From: Gnetum montanum
Lineage: Eukaryota > Plantae > Gnetophyta
Direction: 5' to 3'
Length of the DNA stretch: 64,000 nt
NCBI GenBank assembly: GCA_015680685.1
Contig: MNCI01001841.1
Location: 124,373 to 188,372, forward strand
Positions 13,099 through 26,521 of the stretch are shown piece by piece; within the stretch, counting starts at the first letter, position 1, and every line of letters begins with the position of its first letter. The notes beneath the pieces were generated by a model. The model saw only the letters and a list, made by a program, of their open reading frames with translations, had not been told where the DNA came from and made no database searches. The translations under genes were made by a program, and so were the position numbers.

Positions 13099-14340
13099 TG
13101 TAATATCTAGTGCATTAAACCAAAGCCAACCTAGGTAATAGACCATAATCTAGCATAATAGTGGAGACAAAATGTAACATAAGCATCAAACTAAAGAACA
13201 CACCTAACAAAAAGCCATAAACCACTTTATAAAAAAACATCACATATGTAAACAAAATCAAGCATAAAAAAGCATAACTACATCAACCACTACTAAATAT
13301 ATACAACATTATTAAACTATACATGTGCATGCTAACATCATCTAGCATATCATATCATATCTATCTAATCTATAACTCTCACATTCATACTGCATAAATA
13401 CGTCATGTACAAATATAAACATGTCATAGATCATGGATTGTCTAAACCAAAACCTTAAATAAATAAGTTCATCTCTCATAATAATATATGTATGAAAATG
13501 GCAAGAAATAGGGCTTCATAATCTCCTTCATCACATCCATTAGGCATATTAATCTCTAACACTTCCAACCCTATCACCTACAAACAACAAGGTTAATACA
13601 ATACTAAGTGAAAGCCTTTACATGTCCCCTACCGATGAAGAAGGAAATGGCTATACTAGAGAAGAGGCATGAGGAATAACTGAGCAATCTACATAAGGAT
13701 CGTACATCTCATGCAGAATACCATAAGCAAGCATGCAAACATATCAACAATCATATCATATATCTACTCTACCAAGTATCGAGCAAGCATGAACAACTAT
13801 ATAACTATATCAACATTAAAACTTATAACCAGTACCAAGTATGGCAACTTGTAACATAGCATATAACAACTCTTACCAAATACTAAGACACTAACATGCT
13901 TTAGAGCATAACTCATGAACATACCATCACTAACTTAACGCATGGCAAGTACTACCTAAGGAATCACTATCATCAATTCTCAATCATAACCCTTGTGACA
14001 ACTGACACAGCCACACTTATTGTAAGCATGATATCATTCACATGTGTACCGAAATCTTTAAACTATGTCTACATGTCTTCTATTAGTTTTTCCTTTACTT
14101 AATCCACTATCAATGCTAGTGCTTACTATCTCATATGTATCCCTAGGAAACTAACCTTCTGAAGAATATATCTAAGTGTTACTACTACCCTTAGATCATG
14201 TACTAATTGTAAGGACCAACACACCTACACTTTCCCACTCCTAGAATGAGGTTTGAGATAGAAGCCTCACAAATGCATCGTAGCAGGGGTCATCCCAACT
14301 TCTTTATGGTGCCTCATCATCAAGAAGTTCATATCCTTCT
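13099..14340 (-). repeat. CA-rich LTR-like sequence (possibly Tekay/Del-type), left part, interrupted by element C
   Basis: TGTAATATC terminus and strongly CA-biased non-coding composition, matching the segment that resumes at ~39565. Confidence 0.3.
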
Positions 14341-16225
14341 TGTAGTGACCAAAAACGTTGGCAGCTGGAAACATCGAGAGGTCGTCGGTCGGACAGTCTT
14401 AACCCCGGATTTGCACGAGGGCCGTGCTGGATAAAATGGAAACGGGGTGCCTTGAACAGTCTGGTCGATCAGAAAAGGACTTAATTGGTGTTACTAAGCC
14501 TTTTGCGAACGTGTGGTTTGAAAATAATTTTTGTAATGTAAAATATTGATTATTATATGTGAGAAAACGAAAACGATGCAAAATGCAATGATAAGCAAGA
14601 GAATGAAGTAAACTGGAGTTAAGAAATGCATGGCTTCAAGATTACGGCTTTACTTTGTCAAGGTGGATACAATCTGTTGTGTGATATTGGGAAGCGTAGA
14701 GATCCCAAAAGTAACCAAGACGTTCAAAAGCAAGCCAACAGTATGCTTGAATGTGGTTTCAAGAGCTAACGATGCACAATGCTACAAAAGCAATAGAAAG
14801 GAGCTAGTAGAATGGAAAATGGGAATGCTAACTGTTTGATTTTTGTCAACTTGTCAATGTTAACAATGCTTAAGATTGCCAATGCTTCGTGCCCAAATCT
14901 GCCAAATTTGCCAACTTGTAAATTTGCCAACAATGCTCAAAATTGCCCACCAACTTCAATTTTTACCAACCCTTTGAGCTTCATTTGTCAACATATTTAT
15001 AGGGCTAGGAGCATGTGAAAGATGTGGTTTGGATGNACATATTTATAGGGCTAGGAGCATGTGAAAGATGTGGTTTGGATGCCACATGTTGTGGACCCAC
15101 AAGGTGTTGACGTGTCTATGCTGCATGGACATGCAAAGCTGATTGATTNGCCACAAGGTGTTGACGTGTCTATGCTGCATGGACATGCAAAGCTGATTGA
15201 TTGACGAGCCTGCCACACTGCAATCACATTGTCAAAACTGGAGGTGCTAAGATCAGGTGTGCCAATGATGCAAACAAGGAGTGAAGCACACCAATGTAAC
15301 GTAGCCTCCTACTACGCTGTGCTATGTTGTGGAGTGTAGCATGTTTGGCGTAGCATAGTTGCCTACTACGTTGTGCTATGCTATGTAGTGTAGCATAGCA
15401 TAGCCACCAGTTTGAAGAAGAAGTTTGCGTTAGAGTTGCTTGCAGGTGCTAGAAGCTTTTGAAGCATATTGGCTGGTTCTACATGTTTTCTATGCTATGC
15501 TACATTGTGTAGTGTAGCATAGCATAGTAGCTGGCCTTAACTACAATTCGCATTGCAAACATTTGCTTGAAGCTCATGCTGACAATCTGCAACCTTTACT
15601 CTTTGCGATGTGAAGCTTGTGAACTTGCTGATCCTGCATTCTGAGATGCCTTTCGTCATTCTTGCATCATTGTTACGCTATGCTATGCTGCATAGCGTAG
15701 CAGCCAACAAAGCCTACTCTTTTGCTTAATCTGCTACTTTTCTAGTGAAAGGAGCTTTGCTGAAGGACTTGAAGTTGAGCAAAGCAACTAGTTTTGAAAG
15801 GTTGGAGGTGCTTGCTAAGTGTAGTTGAAATCACTAAGTAAGCTCGGCCTTCCTGTCTTGCTTTTGCTACGTTGTGCTACGTTGCGTAGCACTTCATCTT
15901 GCAACTATCTTCTGAGGCTTACTACGCTACATAGCATAGCATAGCGTAGCAAACTTCTTGACTAGAAAACTTGCCAAACTATTTTGCGTAGCCTGAGCAC
16001 TGTCGACAACCCCACACATCACTTTGGAGTAGAATGTCAGCTGGGTGAACTACCCAGGTGGGTAGGCTGGAGAGTCCATTAGGCTTGTCAACACTGGAAA
16101 TAGAAAATTTGCCAAACTGGACAGTCTAAACTCAGAGCATCCATTTCTTGTTGAAGTGACATGATGCTGCCTGAACTCCAAGGACCTGGTGAAGCAAGAA
16201 TGCCTTGAAAATTTAAGGAGTTTCT
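14341..16225 (-). repeat. 3' LTR of element C (~1.9 kb)
   Basis: Plus strand begins TGTAGTGACC and ends ...AAATTTAAGGAGTTTCT, directly before the reverse-complement PPT TTGGCCCCTCTTTT (16226-16240); same boundary pattern as the LTR of D. Confidence 0.7.
15296..15991. repeat. GCTACGCTA/TAGCGTAGC motif clusters in the LTR of C
   Basis: About six clusters of ctacgct, gctatgct, tagcatagc and gcgtagc, often arranged palindromically. Confidence 0.8.
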
Positions 16226-17576
16226 TTGGCCCCTCTTTTTTGACATTTGGAGGATGGACCCAAGAGACTTCGACAAAGAATACGAAACACCACGGAAGAC
16301 AAAATGCTAACAATGTTCTTTGGTGATTTCCAAGATGTTGCTTAGCTATGCTTGAGAGTGTTGCATTGGTTTTGTGGGGGAGAGGGAAGGGCTAAGACAA
16401 GAGGGAAGGAGGTTTAGGAAAAGGTTAAAGATGAAACTTAGCAGAATCCCTTGTTGAAGTGCTTGTGAGGGAGTTTTTTACGTGGTCATCTTTGCTTTTG
16501 CTGACCTTTGACCCCTCATCGAAATGTTTATAGAGAGTGATTGTGAAACAGCTTATGTGCCATTTGTTTTAGGCACATTTTTTTGCACGTGAGCTTTTGC
16601 CTTTTACATTTGCAAACAACCTTATCACAGGATAGGTGTTCCTTTCCCAGGATGAGTTGTGTTATATTCATATGGGAATTTAACCTGCTTACATATGCTT
16701 CTCATGCAGCGAATTGTGTTACGTGCATCATGGACTTTGTGGTTGAGCATATGGGAGGGCTTGATAAGTGTAGGGAAAAGCTTGTAAAAGAGGGAAGAGA
16801 GCAGAAATTGTGAGTGCAAGGAATGAGGTAAGGGAGCTTAAAGAGGAGGATAGGATGTGCACTCTGAAGTAGCCAAGCTAATCAAGATAACCACCTTGTA
16901 ACATTGTAGCATCTGCTGCTGTGGCAAAACGCACCTTCGACCGATGCCCCTCTGGTCTGCACCCTACAAACACAATAGAAAGCAAACCAAAAGAAATAAC
17001 CATGATGCAAAATGAAGGCAAAGGTCTTGCTGTGGACATTGTTGGAGCAACTGATTTTGTTGCTAAGACATGCAGCGTCAAAACTAGGAAGGCCAGCAAC
17101 GGCCTTGGCAACATCAGCACGGGGGAGCTAGCATTGAGAAGGCTAGGAGTTGCTATCAATGCAGATGCACAGGAATCCCTGCCCAAGGAAAAAACTCTCA
17201 ATTCAGCTATGAGATTGGCTACCACACAGTTAAACGTCTCTTAAGCTTGGATGTTGGTAGGGGTTGGAGGTTAGCAATATTGTGGCTAGGCCACAACACT
17301 GCTAGTACTCCAGCAGCAGGCGTTCACTAGGGAAGCTACTGCTAGGGTGATGAGCCGTGGCGGCAATAGGTCTGGAGGGTCAGTAGGATGTCATATGACA
17401 TCTCTGGAGGCTCAGCAAGATGCCAGGAGCAGTGGCACTACATATGTTCTAGAGGGTGTTTTCTTTGCGTTGTGAACTGCATTCTGGAACTGCAATGTCC
17501 CACCCCCTGTTGTCACTGTGCATGCTTGCTTGTTGTGTACTGGCATAGATGCATGCTGGAGATGTGCTGCGAACCT

Positions 17577-18045
17577 ATTTTAAGGTTCTGGTAGACCATG
17601 ATGTGCTAGTTTAAGGTCCTAGAAGACCGTATGTCCTAGTTTATCATCATAGCGGATGGTTGCTGTACTGGTTTAAGGTCCCAGTAGACCGTATATGCCA
17701 ATTTAACGTCATAGCAGATGGTCATTTTGCTAGTTTAAGGTCCTAGCAGACCGTTGTGCTAGTTTTTCATCATAGTGGATGGTGGATGAGCTAGTTTAAG
17801 GTCCTAGCAAACTGTCTGTGCTAGTTTAAGGTCCTAGCAGACCATCTATGCCAGTTTATAGTCATAACAGACTTTCTGTGCCAATTTTACATCATAGCGG
17901 ACGAGCTTTACTATTTTTACGTCGTAGAGGACGTTGGTGATGCTTTACTAGTTTAATGTCGTAGTAGATGTTTGCTCACCTTTGCTAGTTTTATGTCATA
18001 GTAGATGTTTTTTTGCCAATTTTACATCGTAGTAGACAAGTTTAC
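17577..18045. repeat. Degenerate ~30-bp tandem array in the 3' UTR of C
   Basis: More than 12 units of GCTAGTTTAAGGTCCTAGCAGACC or TTTACATCATAGCAGA variants immediately downstream of integrase. Confidence 0.85.
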
Positions 18046-18057
18046 CATGTTCATGCT

Positions 18058-21000
18058 TTAGATGTAGTATGACTTGAGATACGAGTGATTCAATGGATTT
18101 GCAAACTCGTTGTCGTCCATGTCTGCCAGCTTGAAGGCCCCATTCCCAAAGGCTTTTGTGACCATGTATGGACCTTCCCAATTTGCTGAGAATTTTTTCA
18201 CGTGCTCATGGACAGCCTTGAGAATGAGGTCTCCCATCTGTATTGGCCATTAAAGCAGATTTTCATGATGTTTCTATCATTTCTTATTCTAATAATGCTC
18301 TATGTGATCCAGTCTCTATGCACGTTCCTCCTCTATTGAGTCAAGGTCGATGATCCTCGACTCATTGTTTTGGGCTTCACTCATGACATTTGATAGGATC
18401 ATTCGAAGTGATGGCACCTACAACTCAAGAGGTAACACCGCTTTAGATCCATAAACAAGACTATAGGTGTCTTACTTGTCGCAGTCCTGCATGTTGTCCT
18501 GTAAGCCCATAACACATAGAGGATTTGCTCATGCCATCGCCTCTTACTGTTGTTAAGCATTCTTTTCAACAAGTTGATGATGGACTTATTTGTAGCCTCT
18601 ACCTATCTATTTTCCTATGGGTAATATAACAAGAAGAATGATTTTCTAATGCCAAGATTCTTGTAGAAGGTTTGGGTTTTCGTACTACTAAATTGTGGCC
18701 CGTTGTCGGTCACAATAGTCATAGGAAGCCCAAAACTTATCACGATGTTGTCCAAGATAAAGTGGAAAATCTACTGAGATGTAGTCTTCCTCAGGGGGAT
18801 AGCCTCTACCCACTTAGTAAAATACTCAATGGTGATGATGATGAAGCTATGCCCTACGGAGAACTTAGGCATGATAGGTCCTATGAGGTCTAGTCCCCAT
18901 CGCTAGAAAGGCCACGTAATCTGCATCAGATGCAGCTCTCTAGGTGAAACGTGTATGAGATTTGCACATCATTGGCATGTGTCACACATCTTGACTTTGG
19001 CCAGGCAATCATGTTCCATGTGAGGCCAATAGTACCCTAGATGTCTAATTTTTATGGCCATAGCCCTAGGTGCTATGTGTCCACCACACAGTCCCTCGTG
19101 TACTTCATTAACCACCTTCTGTGCTTGCTCCTCATTTACGCATGCCAGCAATATCCCATCATAGGAGAATTTGCACAGGGCATTGCCTCCCCTAAGCACA
19201 TATTTCCGAGCATGCTTACGAATCACATCTTTCTGGGTAGATGTCAATCCACTTGTGGGCTTGCCATGTTGTAGGTAGGCTTTAATGTTGGCATACCACT
19301 CTTGGGTATTCGCAACGCTGATAGAGGCCATGTGTACTACTTGAGTGATAGGCTCAGTACCCTTGGTAATTGAGGTTGGTAAACTTGCGAACAAGTGTGA
19401 TGGAATATTTAATGCTAGGGTGGCCAAGGCGTCTGCTATGGTGTTTTCGTTACGTGGCATATGTTGCACGTCCATAGTTGCAAACTGTTTGAGGAGGCTT
19501 TTTACTAAGTTGCAATAGGGTTGCAGGTGCATAGCTTTGCAAGCATAGACCTCGGTGATTTGATTCACAACTAGTTATGAATCTTCGTGAATTGCCAAGT
19601 GTTGTATGCTTAGTGCTTTGGCTGCTAAGAGACCCTTGAGTGACCCCTCGTACTCCGCCATGTTTTTTGTACAAGGGAACATAAAATGATGAGCTAAAGG
19701 ATGCATTTCCCCAAAGGGGAATGTGATGATAGCAGTGGCACTACCCCCTCGCATGGTCGAGGCACCGTCAAAATGCAAAGTAGCTTCAAGATGTGATGGG
19801 ACAACGTTGATAGTGCTAACATGCTCATCTGGGAATTCGGGGTCTATGATTGCTTGATCGCCGATGGGTGAGGTTGTAAATTACGTTGCTATGGCCTGAC
19901 CTTTCATCTACGATTGGCTCACATAATGCAAATTGAATTCCACTGTTATTGCTTTCCACCGGGCTATCCTACTGCTTTTGTAAATATTGTTTGTGATAGC
20001 CTGGAATATGTTGCTTTTGCAAATAATGTTAATTTTGCTACGAAATAGGTAGTGTCTCCACTTCTTCAATGCAAACACTAAGGCAAGGTAGTTTATCTCC
20101 ACCTCATTATCTTTCACTTCATATGCTATCAGTGCATGACTTAGGTAGTACATTGGTATCTCAGAACCGTGACCCTATTTCTAACATAACAGTGTCGTGA
20201 TAGATGTGTCTAAGGTGGCAAGGTAGATGAAGAAAGGCTTGTCCCTCTATGGTGGGTAAATAGTTGAGAGGTGCAAGAGGTCTTTCTTCAGATCATCAAA
20301 GGCTTGTTGGCACTATGGTATCCATTCGAAGTTAACCCCTTTCTTCAATAGATGTTGCATGAGGTGTAACTTGTTAGTCAACCTTGCTATAAACCTTCTG
20401 ATGAATTGTACCCTACCTTGTAACCTGTGCAATTCTTTAAGGTTTGTAGGAGATGTCAAGTTGACAATGGCCTTAACTTTGTTAGGGTCCACCTGTATTC
20501 TGGCCACCGATACTACAAACCCTAACATGCATCCGGTTCTCATCCCAAAGACACACGTTTTAGGATTGAGGCATAAATCATGCATCTGGAAACACTTGAG
20601 GACTATACCTAGATCATTGGGATGATCAGTGACTTCTTTAGATTTCACCGCTATGTCATCCATGTAGTCGTTCATCGTTTCTAGGATGTAGTCGCTAAAG
20701 ATGTAAGTCATAGCTTACTGGTAGGTTGCTCTGGTGTTCTTGAGCCCAAAAGGCATCATAGTGTAACAAAAGGTACCCCATGGGGTCATGAAGGTTGTTG
20801 TTAACTAATGCTTTGGGTTAATGCGAATCTGGTTATAACCGAAGAAACCATCCATGAAGGATAATAGAGCATGACTAGCCGTAGTGTCAATGAGTTGATC
20901 GATAATTGAAAGTGGAAAATCATCTTTAATCATTGCCTTATTCAGATCCCAGAAGTCTATATAGATTCATATTTCTCTTGTTTTCTTAGAAACTACAATG

Positions 21001-21560
21001 ATGTTAGACACCCATTCCGAGTAATCAACTACCTAGATGAAATCAGCTTGGTATAGCTTGGTGATTTCATCTCGTACAGCCAATGCGATCTCTGGTTTAA
21101 CCTTACGAGCCTTCTACTTAACTACTTTCATGCACGGGTCTAAGATAATGTTGTGTTGTATCAGCCTCAGATCTAAACCCGGCTCGTTGTATGACCATGC
21201 AAAGACTTCAATGTTATCTTGCAAAATTTTGGCTACATCTTTGTGCATCTGCTAATATAGGAGGGAACTAAGTTTCAACGTTTTTACCTCCCCCCTGGAT
21301 GTGGTCATATGTGTTTCAATGAGAGGGTCCTCAATTACATCCCTAGCCTCTAAATCTAGGGTTTGGACCAGATGCTCAGGCTAGTCTGCGGATGCTTCCA
21401 AGGATGCTACGGTGCTAACTACAGGTGATTCCCATTCTATTAGATCTGGGTTCAGTTGTCTTGCGAGTTTAACATGTGGACTTGCTAAAGATAGAGGTGA
21501 AGAGAGATCATGATGGATTTCCCTTCTCGCTCAACTTGCCAAAATGAGATGAAAGTCTAG
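18058..21560 (-). pseudogene. pol: Pol of element C: RT, RNase H, archaeal-type additional RNase H (aRH), integrase
   Basis: FAWSY, YMDDIAVKS, YYLSHAL, aRH motif HFDGAS...AEYEG...DALATLA, integrase HEGLCGGH...YYWP...CDTCQ, WEGPY and C-terminal YLKSYYI*; stops and frameshifts present. Confidence 0.9.
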
Positions 21561-21654
21561 TCAAGAGGTACCTGTTTGCAAGAATTGTGCATAATGATAA
21601 TTTGCAAAGTAGCAATGAGACGTAATTGGTAAAGTATGATGCAAAGCTTAAAAT

Positions 21655-21992
21655 TTTCCATTTTAAGGTCATGATGGACCACTAAGACGTAAAAATACAA
21701 AAATTCTAATGTAAAAGTGAAAAACTACTGATGTAAAAATGCAAGACTGCTAGTTTAATGTCATTGTGGACTGCCTAGACGTAAAGGGCAAAACTACTAG
21801 TATAAAGAACGAAAAGATGCTAGTGTAAAAATGCAAAACTGCTAATGTAAAAATGTGAAACCACCAGTTTAATGTCATTACGAACTACGAGTGTGTAAAA
21901 GGTTGAAACTGCTAGTTTAATGTCATTGCAGACTGCTAACTAGATTTGAAACTATGCGCTAGGATTGCTAGTTTAAGGTCTTTTCGGACCAC
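21655..21992. repeat. Degenerate motif array (GCTAGTTTAATGTCATT / GTAAAA) upstream of RT in C
   Basis: At least five copies of (c)tagtttaaNgtcat interleaved with tgtaaaa units. Confidence 0.7.
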
Positions 21993-22177
21993 CTAAAATG
22001 CGAGATATTTTTGTGAAGGCAAACGGTTAGCTTGAAGTGTGTCAAATTTTTTCGCCCAAGCCCACCTGTGTTAATGCGAACAGTGCTACGATGTCGTGGC
22101 GAGCATGCTATGCTACACAGAATACTCTGCATTAAACGAAGAGAGATAATGACAAGTTTCCTTTTCACCATCGTGGC

Positions 22178-22185
22178 TATAAATA
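22178..22185 (+). promoter_or_regulatory. Candidate TATA box of the antisense gene in C
   Basis: GGCTATAAATAGG about 135 nt upstream of ATG 22317 (MMAPRKEHK). Confidence 0.55.
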
Positions 22186-22316
22186 GGGATTAACCCCTGG
22201 TAAACTCGTCATTTTCACTGTAACAACGTAGAGCCCACATTCGGAGCATAGAGCGATTTTGCCAATAGAGAGCAAGGCAGTTTGATGTAGGAACGAAGAA
22301 AGAGTCAACAAGCAAG

Positions 22317-24600
22317 ATGATGGCTCCTAGGAAAGAACACAAACACCTGACACTCGCCAAGGTCGACGAAGTGAAAGAAACCCTAGGGTGTGTGACACAA
22401 GTGTGCATCACGGTGCGTGAGGAGACATCGTTGATCCTATAGGTCGATGTGCTCCCTCTATTTTCTTTTATGCCTTTGTTATTGCTTTTTTCTCTTCTTA
22501 TTTCTATTTTTGTGATTTTGTTTTGCTATTTGTGTTTTTTCTGGCATCAGGTTATCGTTGTCTTGGCCTTTACATCATCATTGTTGTCATTTCAGCCATG
22601 GCGGATGTACAGACGCTATGCTAAGATTGCATGCAAGGTCGCCTAGACCACCATCACTACAGCTGTCATTACCATAGAGGCTTGGACGATTTGAGCCACT
22701 TGGCATGCAAATAGCATAGTGTAGGACCTTCAGAAAGGTTTGGCCATGTGTGATGTGATAGTGTAACACGTGTTCTATCATGGCGTATTGTTAATCGCTT
22801 TGTTAGGGCTAATCTCTTTATCACTATAGCATTACCTTCGTGTTTTTTGCTACACTATATGCATGAAGGGAATCATGTTACACTATCTGCTAAAATACTA
22901 GTTTTGCTATGCTATGTTTGAAGTTTACTCAAACATGCCGTTAACATTTGCTATTGTGTTGTGTAGGGTAACACTACAGCCAATCCTGATTGTCCTCAAA
23001 ATTGTGGGGGTTATGTGCTATGTTAGCGAAGTAGTGGCCAATGTTCCTATGCCCTAGGTGCGTGTGGGAGAACAAGTGATCTGGTTTCAAGAGGGAGCGT
23101 AGGAGTTCCTACAATTTCTCCTCTAGCGCTTCAGTGTGATCATTTGGTCACACCTGGTGGAAGAGGTAGTGACTGCCATAACAGAAACCTTGTTGCCTGG
23201 GGAAAATAAGGGTATTCTAAGATTTTTGATGGATGGAGCAATTAGCAATGGGCAAGAAGAAGGATCTAGTCAACACCTTAGAAATTTGAGGCTTTTGGCT
23301 TAGATCTGGGAGATGCCTGAGTATAACTACTACCATCCCTACAACACCTTTTTTATTTCACATCACATGGGAACGTGCTTTCAAGACCCACCAGGAACCA
23401 TTTATAATGTTGGCAAGTGAGTTTTGTAACCATGTTCCACTATGATATGCAGTGTTTGCTACGCTAGCCAAATGTTAACGGTGTTTTTGTTACTAGGTTT
23501 TTCATCAATGAGGATGGGCTTCACCACGATACAGATGTGTTGACCTTAGCACAGATGGCGATGTGGGAGTTTTCTTCCGCTGAGACTATACACACAAGTG
23601 TGATAAACCAATGCAGGGGTGAGTACAAAACCTACCCAACTAGGTATCCCAGACTCTACAACAGATGCAAGGAGTCAGGTTGGTTGGATGAGGGATGGAC
23701 ACCCTTTAAACTGATCACAGTTGAAGATTCCTTGGATAATGTTCTACCATTCTCATCACTGTATAAACTTGGTAAGCTAAATAGTATGTTTCTGCATGTT
23801 TGAGTGTCATTGTTGTTTTTCTACTATTGGTGCTTTGTCTAACCTATTTTTTACCTTTTCTACTTTTTGGTATTTTTGTGTTTTTTTGTGCTAAATCCTT
23901 TTGTGGAAACTTCTACAGGGGTGAAGAGGTCCTAAGAGGTGATGGTGATTACCTCTGGGAACCATGAGGCTAATGTCTACTTCAAGTATGGGGAAGTAGA
24001 CGAGAGCTAATGTTGGATATGCAATGCGGCCCTAGAATCCCTGACCAAGCACCTTCAAGATGCTAGGCTCATGGATTTGTTCCTAGCCCTAAATCCAAGT
24101 GTCCTCGCTACTAAGATCCTCACCCTGGCAGACTCCTTCTCTGAAAAGGTAGACCACTTCCGCACACATGTACATGGCATGCGAGTGGTCCTCGAAATGA
24201 ATGACCAGCTATTTGTGGACCTTTTCGGTGTCCCTGCTAATGGCATCCCTATAGGGTCAAAGACCAAGAAAGAGGTGAATTGTCAGAGGGAGGACATTGA
24301 GGAGTGGCTAGGGGTTGCAAAGGGGTGAGAGGGGATCCCCATGGAGAAGATTAAGCTGATTGCCACCAAAGATGTTTATCTCATCTTCCATGCCCATGCC
24401 TTCCCCCAACTGCTTTCCCAAAAAAAAAATCATTGGGATTGAACAAGCTTGGGGAATGTGGGAGGTCATGGAAGAGGGGGCTCTCTACAATTAGGCTATG
24501 TATCTGTGCAAGGGCTTGCAAATTGAAATCGTTGTGCTTCATATGAAGTAGGAGTCTCACTTCAATATGCACTATGCCTTTTACATAGCCTGCTTATGGC
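22317..24600 (+). pseudogene. Antisense multi-exon gene of element C (FCP1/HAD-like pseudo-phosphatase plus plant-transposon-protein-like domain), 3'-truncated by D
   Basis: Predicted exons 22317-22442, 22551-~22737, 22967-23416, 23497-23771 and 23919-24600 with GT-AG, T-rich introns. The last three exons are phase-compatible, and their translation aligns with the gene in D. Confidence 0.7.
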
Positions 24601-26521
24601 TATAATGACCTAAATCGTCAGTGTAAGGCTAGAAGGGAAAACAAACATCAAAAAATCATCAAGCAGACACAGGTAACCCTACCTTTTCTTGAGGGTAAGC
24701 TAGAAAAAGGAAATGAAGGCAAAGTAACTTGGATGGTATGCACACAAATCAACCAAGGACTTCCCTAAGCATAAACTATGGCTTGTGCTAGGGTTATCTT
24801 AACTAATGATGTATGAAATGTAAATGGGAATGTATGAAATGCAAACAAAATGTGTACATAATAGTATTGCAAAAAAAATGTAAACTAAATGTAAAATAGA
24901 GTAAACAAAATAATGGCTGGCATAATGAACTGTATTGTATTCCTTAGAAAAGATGTGCACCAGTCAAAGCGTAGCTGCATGTGTGGATGGCAGGTCAAGC
25001 GCCAAGCCCTGGGGCGATGTGATTTGTTTCAAAAGTGCTTGGATGCTAAGAGTCAAGTATGTCCGAGTGTCCAAAGTTGCTGGTTAGTGCTTCCTAAGCC
25101 ATCAACGTCCCAAATTGCCAACCCTGTTTACGTGAATTGACAAGGTATTTATAGGGTTTGGCTAGGTTCAGGCATGGAATTCATGGATGGAATCGATAGC
25201 TGAGAGATGAGAGGAAAATGAATCATGTGACACATGTCCAATGGATAGCTGTGTGTGAGTTGAACGTGTGTGGGCAAGCTACGTTTTTGACCAGGTACAT
25301 TGTATCTTACAACATGTGTTGGCTTACTCAAGCTAACTTAGGCTCATGGAAATAGATACAATTTGAAGCGTAAGAGCTTGGTAGGGCCATACATGATGAA
25401 CATTTCCAATGAAAAATCATAATGTACTACTGTAGGGCCAGCTCACTTGAAACTTCTTGATCTCTGAATTGACTACTGTAGGATGTCGATCTGAGTGGTT
25501 TTGTGGCTGTTTGAGGCATTTTTGTTCCACAAAGGCTTCCAGCATGAGTTGATCTTGTCTTGGCATGTCTTTAGTGTGAGTTTGGCATGCTTCACATCAA
25601 GCATGATTAGTACTCACGCTGCCAGCATGACTTCAACATGACCTCAGTGTGAGTGAGCCAAAAATGACATATTTCACCCCAAATTTTGATTTTTGAAGCT
25701 TGATTCTTAAAATGTAATGATTTCTTAACTGTGATTGACCTTGAGAATGATCTACAATTTAAAAAATTGAGCCTGATGTGACTTTTTTACACCACTTTTG
25801 GGTAGCTTACGCTGGACTCACATTGCCAGCGTGAGTGCAGCGTGACCATAGTGTGAGCTGCAAAAACTTGCAAATTTTGGACATGAAATCTAGAATTCTG
25901 GAGGCCAAAATCTAAAGTTTTCAACAAATGAACCCTGAGGATGACTTTCACCTTGGAAATCAAATCATTTTGACTCATTTTTGGGCTTCAAAAGTTACTC
26001 ACGTTGCACTCACGCTACCAACGTGACCTCAGCATGAGCGTGAAAATGTGAAAAATTTGTCTCCAAATTTGAATTCCTGAATGCTAAAGCTTCAACTGGT
26101 CATTAGTGGCCCTTGAGGATGGCTTACAGCTTGAAAATTAGATCATTTTGACTCAGTTTTGGGGCTGTCAGAGTTAATCACGCTGTACTCATGCTACCAG
26201 CATGACCTCAACGTGACCACAATGTGAGTGAAAAAATTTGCACTTTTTGATCTGAAATTTGAATCCTTGAATGCTGAAAATTTGAACTAGGCACATCAGT
26301 GACCCTTGAGAGTGCCTTTCATCCTCAGACTAGGCCACCTTTGACTTGATTCTGATGCCATTTGGAGTTGCTCATGCTAAGTGCAAGCTAGCTTGGCAAG
26401 CCGAGCGTGAGCAAGCTGGGCATGAGTTCCATGCCTTAGTCAAATTTTTGCTTCCCAAAAGCTAAAAAGGCTTTGGGTTGTTTTCATTTCAAAGTGTTAG
26501 GCCAAAATTAGTGGTGTTTCA
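24601..26521 (-). repeat. 3' LTR of element D (~1.9 kb)
   Basis: Minus strand begins TGAAACACCACTAATTTTGGCC after the PPT CAAAGAGGGGCCAA (26522-26535); plus strand begins TATAATGACC, resembling TGTAGTGACC of C. Confidence 0.7.
25541..26430. repeat. AGCGTGAG/CTCACGCT motif clusters in the LTR of D (~185-bp higher-order units)
   Basis: Repeated actcacgct, cagcgtgag, gcatgag and acgtgacc. Confidence 0.8.

Larger units (their letters stand above)
14341..24600 (-). mobile_element. Element C: Tat/Ogre-type Ty3/gypsy retrotransposon, 5'-truncated (3' LTR, PPT, tandem repeats, INT, aRH, RH, RT, antisense gene)
   Basis: pol motifs in RT-RH-aRH-INT order; PPT AAAGAGGGGCC next to the LTR; interrupted at 24600 by the LTR of element D. 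Confidence 0.85.

Noticed and set aside
17577-18045. Repeat array with variable intervening bases, superficially CRISPR-like (also 27725-28280)
   Set aside because: Eukaryotic retrotransposon 3' UTR; repeats are degenerate, intervening parts are only a few nt and related to each other, and there are no cas genes.
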